From NCBI GenBank assembly GCA_036785375.1, contig JAWMAR010000115.1:4154001-4218000 (forward strand): DNA of 64,000 nt, given 5' to 3'. Position numbers and translations under genes: made by a program. Shown here piece by piece: positions 13,881 through 26,066 of this stretch; within the stretch, counting starts at the first letter, position 1; each line of letters begins with the position of its first letter. The DNA comes from Leucoraja ocellata. Its lineage: Eukaryota. Under the pieces are notes generated by a model. The model did no database searches. It was given only the letters and a program-made list of their open reading frames with translations, and was not told the origin of the DNA.

Positions 13881-15830
13881 TTGGAAATAAACTGGGTCTC
13901 TCTCTCTCTCTCTCACACACAGTTTAGAAGCTCCCAAACAAACCACAGGTTTCACAATTTATCCTTTGATGTTTATGATCTCACACAAGCATAATTAAGG
14001 ACTGCCTGTTCAGTAATCGAATAGACTTCAAGCATTGGGCAGCACAGTGTTATTGCGACAAAGCTCCTTTTAATATCCTGTTCAACATTTTTCAACCATA
14101 ATCCCTGAAAGAAATGTGCAACCTGCCCAATATCATGTTGCTACTTGAGGATTTTTAACACGCAAAATTTGGTTGCTGGAATTTCCAATTCATTATACGC
14201 TAAAATGGACTTCAATGGCTATAAGCACTTTGGAATGCTGCAAGTTTGGGAAGTGTGCTCTGCCATTGTAAACCTTTCCCTTAAGTGACAGGGAGCTTTC
14301 AAAAGTGAACAAAATAAATTGGGAGAAGGTATATACAATGCGCTGGAGTAACTCAGTGGGTCGGACAGCAGCATCTCTGGAGAATATGATTAGGTGATAT
14401 TTCGAGATCCTTCTTCGAGATCCTTCTTCAGACAGATTGAAACATCAGCTATTTCTTTTCTCCAGAGAAGCTGCCCGACCCGCTGAGTTACTCCAGCATT
14501 CTGTGTCTATCTTTGGTGTAAACCAGCATCTGCAGTGGAGTCTCAGAATTCCCTTGACCTACGTGAACTATTGATGTAACTGAAACACAATTCCAAAGTC
14601 AAGCCAAAACATGACATCAATCGTGAAGGTTTTACAGAGATTACTAACATTACCCAAACACTGATTGCTGGTGAATTTCTCTGGTTTACTTAGCAGCTGC
14701 ACCTAATCTGTTGAGTCTTGCCCCGTTTTCCCGATTGTTTGTCAAATACCACACCGTTCCACTTCAACCCAACCCATGCTTGGCACAATTATCAGTACTT
14801 TACTGCAATGTTTCAGGATTGCTTCACTTCAGCTGTGGTGGTAAGCAGCAATTTCTTTTCAAGTGCCTTACAACCTGAGCTCATTTGCTTATTATAGTCA
14901 ACTTCACTGCAGGGCATACCCAGAGAACACAATTTTCTACTTAGTGTCCAAGGAATCGGTATGTTTGCCAAACACATGTGCAAAGATTTGGGGGAACTTC
15001 TTCAAAATATATGGCTGGAACTGAATGAAGCTGCAGTCTATGATGACTTGGTAACACGGTGGAAGCTTGCAGTTCTCTGCGCTATCGAGGTCAAATGACT
15101 CATCTGGTGACATGCCAGGCACAAGACCAAAGGCGAAGCTCAAAGATCAAGATCGCCTTTTGCAGCCTGCCAAGCCACTGAACCAAGCCAGGTACCTTAG
15201 GACAAGGGAAGAAAGTGGGAGTTGATGTAACAGATAGGGGGCTTCCCGAACCATTCACCACATATTTCCACTACAGTGAGGATAACAAAATTACTTCCAA
15301 ACTTCCATCCGAGCCACTGCTGCCATTTACAGGTTTGTAGGTTAATTGGCTTGGTATAAATGTCAATTGTTCCTAGCGTGTGTAAGATAGTGTTAATGTG
15401 TGGGGATCGCCAAGGGGTTAGTACACAAAATCCCTTTTAGAAGAAGACAAGAGCTTTTTGAAAGCTTTGGAAGAATCGAGTGAGGCTGTTGGAGGGAATG
15501 GCACACATCAGGGGGTACAGTTGTTTAGGAGGGAACTGCGGATGCTGGTTTATACCACATTTGCTAGTTTCTGGTTTATTCCTTTTCTTTAGAAACACTG
15601 CCTGACCCACTGAGTTACTCCAGCATTTGGTGTCTATCTGTAGGGTATAGTTGCCTGGGGTGTCCAGCCTATGGGTTTAAAACAAACATAGCACACGAGG
15701 AACTCAGCGAGCCAGGCAATATCTTATTGAGGGAGTGTGCAGACGACGTTGAGGGTCGGGATCTTTTGAGCTTACTTTGTCTCCCTTTGGGGTTACTGTG
15801 TCCTCCATATAAACTCCTTTTGAGGGCAGA

Positions 15831-16985
15831 ATTACTTCTTCTACTTCTTCTATGTAGTGTTTTATGGCGGTTGGCAAACAACTTTTTTGGTGCATTACCG
15901 CCACCAACTGGCATGGAGTGTGGATCAAACAACACCATTACATATACTAATAAGCTATATCCTTCTGAACAAATTGGTTACCCTAAGAAAAAGCAACAGG
16001 ATTTGATAGCATTTATATGAACTCCCTTGCAAAATATCTATCAAATTAAATTGTACTCTTTCTTTTCTGAACTGCTCACTCATCCGTCCTCTCTCCTCCT
16101 CATACCTCTCACAATTTTACAATGACATGCTCTATTGTCTCTTCTTGCCCACAGTATTCACATCTGCCTGTATTATGCTTGCCTATTATAAAAGGTGTAC
16201 TGTTCAGACCAGTGTGTCCAAATCTAATTCTTGAAATTACTGTCTCCTCTTTTCTGTTTTTTCCTGCACATCTCATTTCTCCCACTTTCCTCTGGACTCT
16301 GTAGAACCACCATCCTTTTCGCTCTTCCTCCCATTGCTTTTGCCATCTTTCCTTCAGTCTTTGCTTAATAATGTCTTTGATTTCAGTTTTACCTATGTTA
16401 ATACTTAAATCAATCTTACTTCTTTTTGTTACCTCTTTTGCTACCTTATCTGCCATTTTGTTTCCTCTAATGCCAATGTGTGCTGGTACCCATAAAAATA
16501 TGACTGTAAGCCCCATCATTTGAATTCTGAATAGTGTTTGTTGTATTTCAATCAAAATGTCTGGTCTACTATCTGAATGGCTGTGCTGTAAACTCTTTAT
16601 TGCTAAACTTGTATCTGAACAAATAACTGTCCTTAAAGGCCTAGTATCCTCGACCCACTGTACCGCTAACAATATAGCAATCATTTCACCTGTGTATACT
16701 GAGACTTCATTATTGATCCTCTTCCCTACTTTGATGTGAAATTCTGGTACAATAAATGCTACTCCTACTTTATCTACTGAATCTTTTGATGCATCTGTAT
16801 AAATTTGGACAAAACTGTAGTATCTGTCAATGTATTCCTGTATGATGACTGAATTATACATATGTTGTTTATCCCTGTTTTCCTGTTCTAATATTGTAAA
16901 GTCTACTGTTGCATCTGGAAATATCCAAGGTGGAATTGAAGGTAATGGAACCGTTGGAACCACATTTAATTGTGCTATGCTGATT
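15831..16985 (-). mobile_element. Nimb/I-clade LINE, 5'-truncated: RNase H, C-terminal Cys/His knuckle and 3' UTR
   Basis: ORF 16109-17104(-) contains IYTDASK, YTGEMIAI, ICSD, WVPAHIGIRGNKMAD (cellular-type RNase H), then RIRFGH and CEYCGQEETIEH. The 3' UTR has a tggcggt/accgcca stem (15865-15871/15897-15903) and a GAA-rich tail. Confidence 0.85.
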
Positions 16986-17162
16986 TGTAATAGGGCAGAA
17001 TTACTGGGAATTAATTCATTTAAAAGGTGCAACCCGAGCAGACTAAACAAGCCCATCGCATACTCTGAAAAAAGACCTGATTGCAGCATCTCATTCCCAT
17101 CCACACAAAAAGACTGTTGATTCTAAATAGATTTGGTCTTCACCCTTGTAGGTATACTTATG

Positions 17163-17652
17163 TGTCACAGTCTGCCCTCTCCTCATTCTCATCCACTTCA
17201 CCTCCCAGTACTCTTCCACCGGTCCCTCCTTCTCCTCGCCTGCCACGCCCCTCTCATCAGCCCAACTCTCCTCACCTGTTGCAATCAGTTACCTCTGATC
17301 ACCAATTAACCCGGTATATAGACTCTCCTCACCGTTCACACAGTGCCAGATTGTTCTCAGCATTCATGCAAGATTCTCCAGCGACTTCTCGACTTCCTGC
17401 CTGGCTTCGACTCTCCTTTCGTCTGTCCCTCGTTGGTTTGTTTGCATCGTGTGTTGGATCTCCTGGTTACCGGACTTTCTGCTACATTGCCTGCCCCTCT
17501 TCGGAACCCTTGCTCAATCCTGAGCCTCTGTGTGAGTACGGTGTACCCATTCCTGTGTTACTACTCTGTGTTACAGTTTCGTAATAAAGTTCATTACCAA
17601 TTATACCTGCCTGATTCTGTGCTGCTATTGGGTCCAAGCTATACCCGTTACA
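17163..17652 (+). repeat. 5' LTR (490 bp)
   Basis: Starts tgtcacagtc, ends ccgttaca. TATATA at 17315-17320, AATAAA at 17583-17588. Confidence 0.93.
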
Positions 17653-17669
17653 GTACAATCTGGCCAACA

Positions 17670-20600
17670 ATGGACTCAGCGCACACAACGTCTCCGTCAA
17701 ACTGCTTCGAGAGGATTGAGCACACGCTCCTGCAGCACGAAGCTATGCTCACTGCCTCCAACTCTGAGGTTTGACAGACTGTGTCAAACCAAGAGCAGGC
17801 ATTGGTTGCACTAGCCACCCAGGTCCAACAGCTGACAACCACCCTCGCCCAGGCTACACCCCATGCTTCACCTCCGGCTCCGACAGCACCAGCTCCCGGT
17901 CCGTCAGGATCATCACCTGAGCCCCGGGTGGGAACTCCGGAGCGCTACGCTGGAGACCCGGAGGGCTGCAACCCATTCATCATGAACTGTTCCATTCTCT
18001 TCGCCCTACAGCCCTACACCTTCGCCCAGGAAGCGGCGAGAGTGGCGTTTACCATTAATCACCTGACTGGCAGAGCTCGGCTGTGGGGAACGGCTGAATG
18101 GGAGCGACGCAGGCCGGCTTGCTCCTCTTTCCAGGCCTTCGCCGCGGAGCTTCGCAAGGTGTTCGGTGAGGTTTTGATGGGTCCGGATGCTGCGGGAGGT
18201 CTGCTGGGGTTGAGCCAGGGGAACCAGAGCGTCGCTGACTTCGCCATTGACTTTCGCACCAGAGCTCGTCAGAGTGATTGGAACGCCCTGGCCCAGTGTG
18301 ACGCTTTCTTGCTGGGCTTGAATGACTATATCAAGGAAGAGTTGGTGTCCCACGACCTTCCTTCTTCTCTGGATGGGCTTATCGAGCTAACGACCCGTCT
18401 GGACCAATGCATCCTGGCGAGACGTCGGGAGAGGCGACAGGGTCATTACATCTCCAAGTGTCCAGTAAAAGGGCCAGACTCGCCAGTAGCGGAGGAATTA
18501 CTGGTGAGTCGAACCTCTGAACTTTCCTCTGCCCGACGCCCTCTTTGTCATGCCCGTCTGCTGTTGTCTGATGGTTCTCACACCCTCGCCACCTTCATAG
18601 ACTCTGGTTGTGACATTAATCTTATGGACATGGAACTAGCCCGTCAGCTAGGCATCAGTTGTGTTCCCCTGCCTAAACCTGTTCCCGCCAACGCCCTCGC
18701 CGGCCATCTCCTGTGGACTGTTTCTCACCAGACGGTCCCAGTGCGCATGCTCCTGTCTGGTAATCACCATGAGACCATCCAGTTCCACATCCTGCAGTCT
18801 CCCCGTCTTCCCCTCATCCTGGGTTACCCCTGGCTTCGGCGATACAACCCCAACATCGACTGGAGGACGGGGGTCATCTTGGGTTGGAGCCCTTCCTGCC
18901 ACCAAGTGTGCCTGAAGCAAGCCTCAGCTCCTCAACCGGCCACCTGCTCCAGTTCTGCTCCAGATCTGACGGGGGTCCCAGCCGAGTACCATGACTTTGG
19001 GAAGGTTTTTAGCAAGTCTAGGGCCACCTCCCTTCCTCCTGATCGGCCCTATGACTGCGCCATAGACCTCTTGCCTGGTTCCGCTCCTCCTAGGGGTCGC
19101 CTTTTCTCCCTGTCCGCCCCTGAGGCGCCATGGAGAAATACATAAACGACTCCTTGGCTGCTGGTCTCATCCGTCCCTCCTCGTCTCCTGCTGGGGCTGG
19201 GTTCTTCTTCGTGGAGAAGAAGGACAAATCTCTGCGTCCCTGCATAGATTACCGGGGGCTCAACGGCATCACGGTGAAGAATCGCTACCCTCTCCCACTC
19301 ATCTCCTCTGCTTTCGAGCTCCTGGAGGGGGCCACCATCTTTTCGAAATTGGATCTACGCAACGCCTACGCAACGCCTACCACTTGGTCCGCATCAAAGA
19401 GGGAGATGAGTGGAAGACCGCCTTCAACACTCCCACGGGACATTATGTATACCTGGTGATGCCCTTTGGCCTCACCAACGCCCCGGCCGTCTTCCAGGCT
19501 TTGGTCAATGACGTTCTCAGGGACATGTTGAACAAGTACGTGTTCGTCTATCTTGATGACATCCTCATGTTTTCACGGACCAAGGAGGAACACGTACACC
19601 ATGTCCAGGCAGTTCTACATCGGCTCCTGGAGAACTCGCTCTTCGTTAAAACTGAGAAGTGCGAGTTTCACTCCCCGTCAGTCTCCTTCCTAGGATACAT
19701 CGTTGGCCAAGGGAACATCAAGATGGACCCCGCCAAGGTCTCTGCTGTCACCACCTGGCCTGTTCCTGACTCCCGCAAGCAGCTCCAAAGGTTCCTGGGG
19801 TTCGCCAATTTTTACCGACGGTTCATCCGTGGCTACAGTACTGTGGCCGCACCCCTCATGGCACTCACCACCTCCAAGGTTCCGTTCCGGTGGTCTGCCG
19901 CGGCCGATGAAGCTTTTCAGACACTCAAGGCATGGTTTACATCGACCCCCATCCTCCAAGTTCCGGACTCGGAGAGACAGTTCGTGGTGGAGGTGGACGC
20001 CTCCGACGTGGGGGTGGGAGCTGTTCTGTCCCAGCGGGCTGCTGGGGACCGGAAGCTCCATCCATGCGCCTTCTTCTCCTGACGCCTAACCCCTGCTGAG
20101 GGGAATTATGACATTGGCAACCGAGAACTGTTGGCGGTTAAGTTGGCGTTGGAGGAATGGCGTCACTGGCTGGAGTGAACCGAGCAGCCTTTCTTGGTTT
20201 GGACTGACCAAAAGAACCTTGAATACCTCCAGTCAACCAAGAGGCTCAACTCTCGTCAGGCCCGCTGGTCTCTCTTCCTCACCCACTTCAACTTCTCCCT
20301 CTCCTACCGACCTGGGTCCCGCAACGTGAAGCCCGATGCCCTCTCTCGGCAGTTCTTGGCAAAGGAGGAGCCTGCCTCTGGCCCCAAGACCATCCTCCCG
20401 TCCTCGCACAGGGTTGCCTCCCTCACCTGGGAAGTGGAGGAGAAGGTCAAGGCGGCCTTGGAGAACCAGCCGGGACCCAGCGCATGCCCTGCTGATCACC
20501 TGTTTGTGGTTTCTGCCCTGCGGTCCGACGTCCTTCAGTGGGCCCACAGCTCTCGACTCGCCTGTCATCCCGGCATTCAGTGGACCAAGGAGATGGTGCT

Positions 20601-21933
20601 ATGGAGGTTCTGGTGGGCATCGCTGGATGAGGACACTCGGGAGTTTGTCAACGCCTGTCCCGTTTGCAACCAGCGTAAGGTCTCACACCAAGCTCCTGCG
20701 GGTCATCTGCTTCCACTGCCTGTACCCCATCGACCATGGTCCCACATCTCCCTGGACTTCATTACCGGCCTGCCCCCATCCAGTGGTCACACCACCATCC
20801 TGACCGTGGTCGATAGATTTAGCAAGATGGCTCACTTCGTGCCCCTGCCCAAGCTTCCGTCAGCCAAGGAAACTGCCGAGCTCAAGTTACTCCATGTCTT
20901 CAGGCTCCATGATCTCCCCGTCGATATGGTCTCCGACCGGGGACCCCAGTTTGCCTCTGTGTTCTGGAGGGAGTTCTGCACGCTGGTGGGGGCCACCGTG
21001 AGTCTGACGTCCGGATTTCATCCCCAGTCCAACGGCCAAACTGAGAGGAAGAATCAGGAGATGGAGACGGTGCTGCGGTGTATGGTGTCCAAGCATCTCT
21101 CCTCCTGGTCCCAGCAGTTGTTGTTGGTGGAGTACGCCCACAACACCCTGACAAGCTCAGCCACTGGGCTCTCCCCTTTGCAGTGTGCCTATGGTTTCCA
21201 GCCTCCACTGTTCCTGGCACTGGAGAAAGAGGTTTCCTGCCCGTCCGTCCAGGCCTTCATTCGTCGCTGCCGCAGGACGTGGACCCAAGCCTGGGCGGCT
21301 CTTCTCCGCTCCGTGGACCGTTACGCCACGGCTGCCAACCATCACTGCACCCAGGCCCCCACCTACCTCGCCAGCCAGAAGGTGTGGCTGTCGACCCGGG
21401 ACCTTCCCTTGAGGGTGGAGTCCAAGAAGTTGGCACCCAAGTTCATCGGTCCCTTTGAGATCCAGAAGGTCATCAGCCCAGCAGCTGTGAGGCTCAGGTT
21501 GCCTCGTTCCATGCGGGTCCATCCTACGTTCCACGTGTCCAGAGTTAAGCCAGTCCAGGAGAGCTCCCTGATCCCCACAGTCCCTCCTCCTCCACCTCCT
21601 CGTCTCATCGACGGAGGCCCCGCCTTTACGGTGCACCACCTCCTGCGCTCCCGCCGTCGCGGGAGGGGCCTCCAATACCTGGTCGATTGGGAGGGTTACG
21701 GTCCAGAGGAGAGGTCCTGGGTTCCTGCTCGACACATCCTGGACGCCTCCCTCATCAGAGAGTTTCATCGGCGTCCTCCCGACCAGCCGTCCAAGTCCGC
21801 CACTCATAGAGGGGTCGCCGCCCCTGAGACTCTGTCCCCTCTTCCGTCTGAGGCGCCCAGTGACGACGAGATGGAGCTTTCCTCTGATGCCATGGAGGAG
21901 GATGCGGACATGGATGTCTCGGATGAATATTAG
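17670..21933 (+). pseudogene. Gypsy gag-pol, disrupted
   Basis: ATG at 17670 (MDSAH...) with an in-frame TGA at 17772. Gag PERYAGDPEGC; only the GHYISKCP remnant of the zinc knuckle. Protease FIDSGC, RT YLDD, RNase [10 protein letters not shown], integrase HPG..CPVC / SLDFIT / SDRG / GQTER, chromodomain [17 protein letters not shown]. Frameshifts near 19130 and ~19370 (tandem duplication ctacgcaacgc); stops at 20080 and 20176. Confidence 0.93.
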
Positions 21934-21951
21934 CCCTCCTGCGGTCCCCCT

Positions 21952-21973
21952 TGAGGGGGGGGGGGGGGGGGGG
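21952..21973 (+). other. Polypurine tract (PPT) of the Gypsy element
   Basis: ga(g)n run ending 3 nt upstream of the 3' LTR. Confidence 0.85.
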
Positions 21974-21976
21974 TTC

Positions 21977-22485
21977 TGCCACAGTCTGCCCTCTACTCAT
22001 TCTCATCCACTTCACCTCCCAGTACTTTTCCACCAGTCCCTCCTTCTCCTCACCTGCCTGCCTGCCACTCCCCTCTAATCAGCCCAACTCTCCTCACCTG
22101 TTGCAATCAGTTGCCTCTGATCACCAATTAACCCGGTATATAGACTCTCCTCACCGTTCACACAGTGCCTGATTGTTCTTGGCATTCATGCAAGATTCTC
22201 CAGCGACTTCTCAACTTCCTGCCTGGCTTCGACTCTCCTTTCGTCTGTCCCTCGTTGGTTTATTTGCATCGTGTGTTGGATCTCCTGGTTACCGGACTTT
22301 CTGCTACCCTGACTACGTCTCCTGCCTGCCCCTCTTCGGAACCCTTGCTCAATCCTGAGCCTCTGTGTGAGTATGGTGTACCCATTCCCCTGTTACTACT
22401 CTGTGTTAGTTTCATAATAAAGTTCATTACCAACTATACCTGCCTGATTCCGTGCTGCTATTGGGTCCAAGCTATATCCGTTACA
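21977..22485 (+). repeat. 3' LTR (509 bp)
   Basis: Starts tgccacagtc, ends ccgttaca. Colinear with the 5' LTR, with scattered substitutions and small indels. Confidence 0.93.
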
Positions 22486-22509
22486 CTTATGCTAGTTCTG
22501 ACTTTAAGC

Positions 22510-22885
22510 CAAGAGTGTTTGATTGTCATATGTACCAACAAGAGAACATGGAAATCTTACTTGCAGCAGCAGAACAGGCAATTAAACACAATATTCATAG
22601 TTGACATAATAAACAAAATCAATAAATGAAAACTGCCAACATTAGTGTAAAAACCCCAAAGTCCTTAGTGCAACCAAGACAGTCGTAGTTCATAGTCAAG
22701 TTAGTGTTTGTAGTGTTCAAGAGCCTGATGGATATTGGGAAGAAGCAGTTCTTGAACTGGTGGTCATGGTTTTCCGACTCCTGTACCTTTATCCCGATGG
22801 TTGGAGTGAAATGAGAACATGGCCAGGGTGGTGAGGGTCTTTGATGATGCCTTTTTGAGGCGGAGCCTCCTATAGATCCCTTTGA
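22510..22885 (-). mobile_element. Rex1-like LINE 3' fragment
   Basis: Minus-strand remnant reads ..FKNCFFPISIRLLN, similar to the RxRxSFFPxxIRLLN C-terminus also seen at 53250-53700(-). Confidence 0.55.
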
Positions 22886-23886
22886 TGGAGGGTGTATGGG
22901 GAGAGATGGAATAAGGGGTGAAACTGCGAACATTGCAGTACGGGAACGTTGGGAAAGAGTTGAGGGATTGAAGACAATCCGAGTTAATCCAACTGGCATA
23001 AACTGAATGGGCCAAATGGCTTGGCTGTGGTCTGTTGGTAATTCAGAGTCCAAGCGCAGAGAAACTGCCGCCAGATCTGCTGTTGTTTATTTAATTATAA
23101 AACTATTCACTGAGTTCATACCATTTCCACCCCAGCACAGCTGGAGACAGCTCGAATAAGTTCTGGAAGCTTCCTCACAGTTGACTCCACATAGTCAAGA
23201 GTGTTTTATTGTCATATGTCCCAGGTAGAAAACATTAAATTCTTACTTGCTGCAGCACAACAGAATATGTAAACACGCACGCACACACACACATACCTAG
23301 CCTAAATCCACCAATATTTGCCGCCTTGGGCTACAGTTAAACCCCTCTCAGAATACTTGCGGCAGTCAGCAAAACATCTTCCTCTCTAACACACACACTG
23401 GAAAAACTACTCGCAAAATATTAGAGCAACAACGCCTCGCCTAAGACACCATAGAACATGTTTTGCTACGATTACTTCTTTATATATAGTTATATAAAGA
23501 CGTAATCGCAGCAAAATCGTATACATTTACATATATATTGCGAAGATGAAACAAGTCCGGGGTTAGTAAATACTTGCATACTTCTTAACTAAGGGAACAT
23601 GACAGCATTGAAAGGAAATCCCCGGGAACCTTCTTCGGGATAATATGCACAGCACAGCATGTCAGCAGTCAGCAACACTCAACCACCCGAGAACAGCGGC
23701 TCGATCAAGGAGGGATGCTGGAGATAAGACAGGTCCAAAGGACGGCAGCGAGAAAGATCGCTCAGGGAAGTAGGACCACATCCATCCACCGCGATCGGGC
23801 TTTCTCCCTGATTTCTGACTCCCTTGCCTGGGATTTCAATCAGCTGATTCTCAGCCCCAGAGCTCCGGACCGGTGCTTGTGCTCAC

Positions 23887-24060
23887 CTTCAGCGGAACAC
23901 CCCTGAAGCTCCAGCTCGGCTGTTGCACTGCCTACTTCCACTCGCTCTCTGTTCGCCTTTCCAAATTCTCCAGCAATCTCTCTCTCTCAGCTGCCACGTG
24001 GTGATCCGCCTTTCCAAAGCCACATTCCTCCTAATAAACCCTTCCTCCCTGTGCAGCTGC
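23887..24060 (-). promoter_or_regulatory. Probable promoter and non-coding first exon of an unidentified minus-strand gene
   Basis: Unique, CpG-enriched region (~23.4-24.1 kb). Strong minus-strand donor AAG|GTGAGC (exon end 23887). E-box CACGTG at 23995-24000. No coding exon recognised. Confidence 0.4.
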
Positions 24061-25967
24061 AGTGACACTGTCCTTGGGTGGCGGGGAACCACGTTTGTGA
24101 GTGAGATTAGGGGATAAAATCTGTCAAAACAAAGTATGTCCGATACAGACCATATGTAGAAACAAAGAACTGCCGATGCTGATTAATACACAAAAGGGCA
24201 CAAACTGCTGAAATAACTCAGCGGGTCGGGTACAATCTCGGGAGAACATGGATAGGTGCGTTTCGGGACCAGACCCCTCTCAGTTTGTTGCCTGGTTGTC
24301 CAAACAAAAAAAAAATACATTGCTGGAGATACTCGGGGGAGTCAGGCAGCATCTGTGGGGGCAAACGAACAGATGACGTTTCGGGTCTGAACCCTTCTCC
24401 CACCTTGTCTGTCCATTTCATTCAACATATTCTGCCTAACCCACTGAGTTCTGCCAGCAGTTTGTCTTTTTGCTCAAGATTCGATCATCTGCAGTCTTGT
24501 GTCTCCGTTACAGACGGTTGTCTTTGTTTGAATAGACCATTAGAAAGATATTCTTTCCACAAATTAAATACGTGTATTATTTTTCCTTATGGAATCATAA
24601 AACATTAAGCACTGAAAGTCCCTTTGGCCCACTGAGGCCACACTGACCATCAAACACTCATTTAAACTGATCCAAAACCTATCCCTTCTTCAAAGAGCTT
24701 ATCAACTCTGCACACTCACGTACATACAGGGTCAATGACGAGTGGCTAATTAACCTCCCAATGCCCAATTAGGATGAGTGAGGAAACCAGAGCATTCAGA
24801 GGAACTCTATATGGTTTCATGGAGAATGCGCAGACTTCAAAATGACAGGACCTGAGGTCTGGATTGGCCGGGTCTCTGGTGCTGTGGGGTAGCAGCTCTG
24901 CAAGTTGCATCACCATGCTGTCCATTTCTAGCCCTGCAAAAGTGTCTGTGCTGTGGACATTGGTCTTGGAGAGGACACATATTGGTTCAGCTATCCTGCC
25001 AATGCAATATACATTAGTGGTACCTCCGGTATGTTAACATGCCAACAGTCGTGTGATGGTGTTCCAGTGCATACAGGAGGATGGGAATCATTGCCACAGC
25101 TTAGACCATGGGCTTGATGCCTTGTTTCTCAGCTTCGAGACATGGGAGTTAGCGATGGATTTGTTGATGTTCTATGTCCTTGCTAAGAGGTGACTCTTGA
25201 GATATAACTTGGTCCAAGGTCTCGGTGTGGCTCTTCATTTTTGGGAGCCTCATTGTGCAATAGACCAGGTTGGTGAAGGATCTTATTCCTCCAGAAGTTC
25301 ACTGTAAGGCACATCCTCCAGTGAAGGAATCAAAAACAGGTTAGGAACTCTGCCTCCATGTTGCATACTGTAACTCTTTGACTAAGATAAGAGTAATCTT
25401 GTTTCCAGAGTGCAGACAATGAATGTTGAACATTTTCCTGAGGGTTAACTCCTGGGGAACATGTCCAAAGTGAAATGCAGTATTGCAGCCAGGAGGATTG
25501 AGAAGAGGGTTGATGTGTGGTGACACAGCATAGCCTAACCCCAGACTGCATTGGAATTTGATTTGCAGGGGATCCCTTGAAGAGGATCACAGTTTGTGGA
25601 GCAGGCTTTACATGGACAGATTACCGAGGACAGGTTTTCGAGGATTGCTATATTTGATTCTCAATCTTCCCTCTTTGAAGAAGAAAACGGAATATTATAC
25701 TATCTCATGTTCAATACACTCCAATTCTGTAATGAAACAAATTCCAACAAATGGATTGCGCTATAATTTTGGAAAATATAAAGTGGTGGAGGAGCTCAGC
25801 GGGTCAGGCAACGGACGGCGACGTTATAGACCGTAATCCTTCTTCAGACTCCTGTATGGTTGCATGTTTCACTGTGTTTTACTAGAACGGATATATTATT
25901 AATTAGACTGTGCTTAGTATTAAATTCTCAATTGACATTCAAAGGACATTTGGACAGGTACATGGAC

Positions 25968-26066
25968 AGTCTGAAGAAGGATCTCGACCCGAAACGTCAC
26001 CCATTCCTTCTCTGCAGAGATGTTGCCTGTTCCATTGAGTTACTCCAGCTTTTTTTTTTGTCTATC
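25968..26066 (+). repeat. Penelope-derived terminal repeat with hammerhead-ribozyme-like core (best copy)
   Basis: agt-CTGAAGA-aggatctcgaccc-GAAA-cGTC-acc: CUGANGA, a stem II hairpin, GAAA, then GUC. Confidence 0.6.

Larger units (their letters stand above)
17163..22485 (+). mobile_element. Full-length Ty3/Gypsy chromovirus (sushi/Tf1-like LTR retrotransposon), disabled
   Basis: Two near-identical LTRs (TG...CA), flanking duplication CTTATG (17157-17162 / 22486-22491), gag-PR-RT-RH-IN-chromodomain order, and a G-rich PPT just before the 3' LTR. Confidence 0.96.

Noticed and set aside
14937-15200. Short ORFs on both strands
   Set aside because: No recognisable motif or coherent exon boundaries.
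17781-21933. Domesticated PEG10/RTL-like gene
   Set aside because: Both LTRs and the TSD are intact while the ORFs carry several stops and frameshifts, as expected for an ordinary decaying retrotransposon.
18006-22033. Antisense and alternative-frame ORFs inside the Gypsy element
   Set aside because: By-products of GC-rich coding sequence; no recognisable domains.
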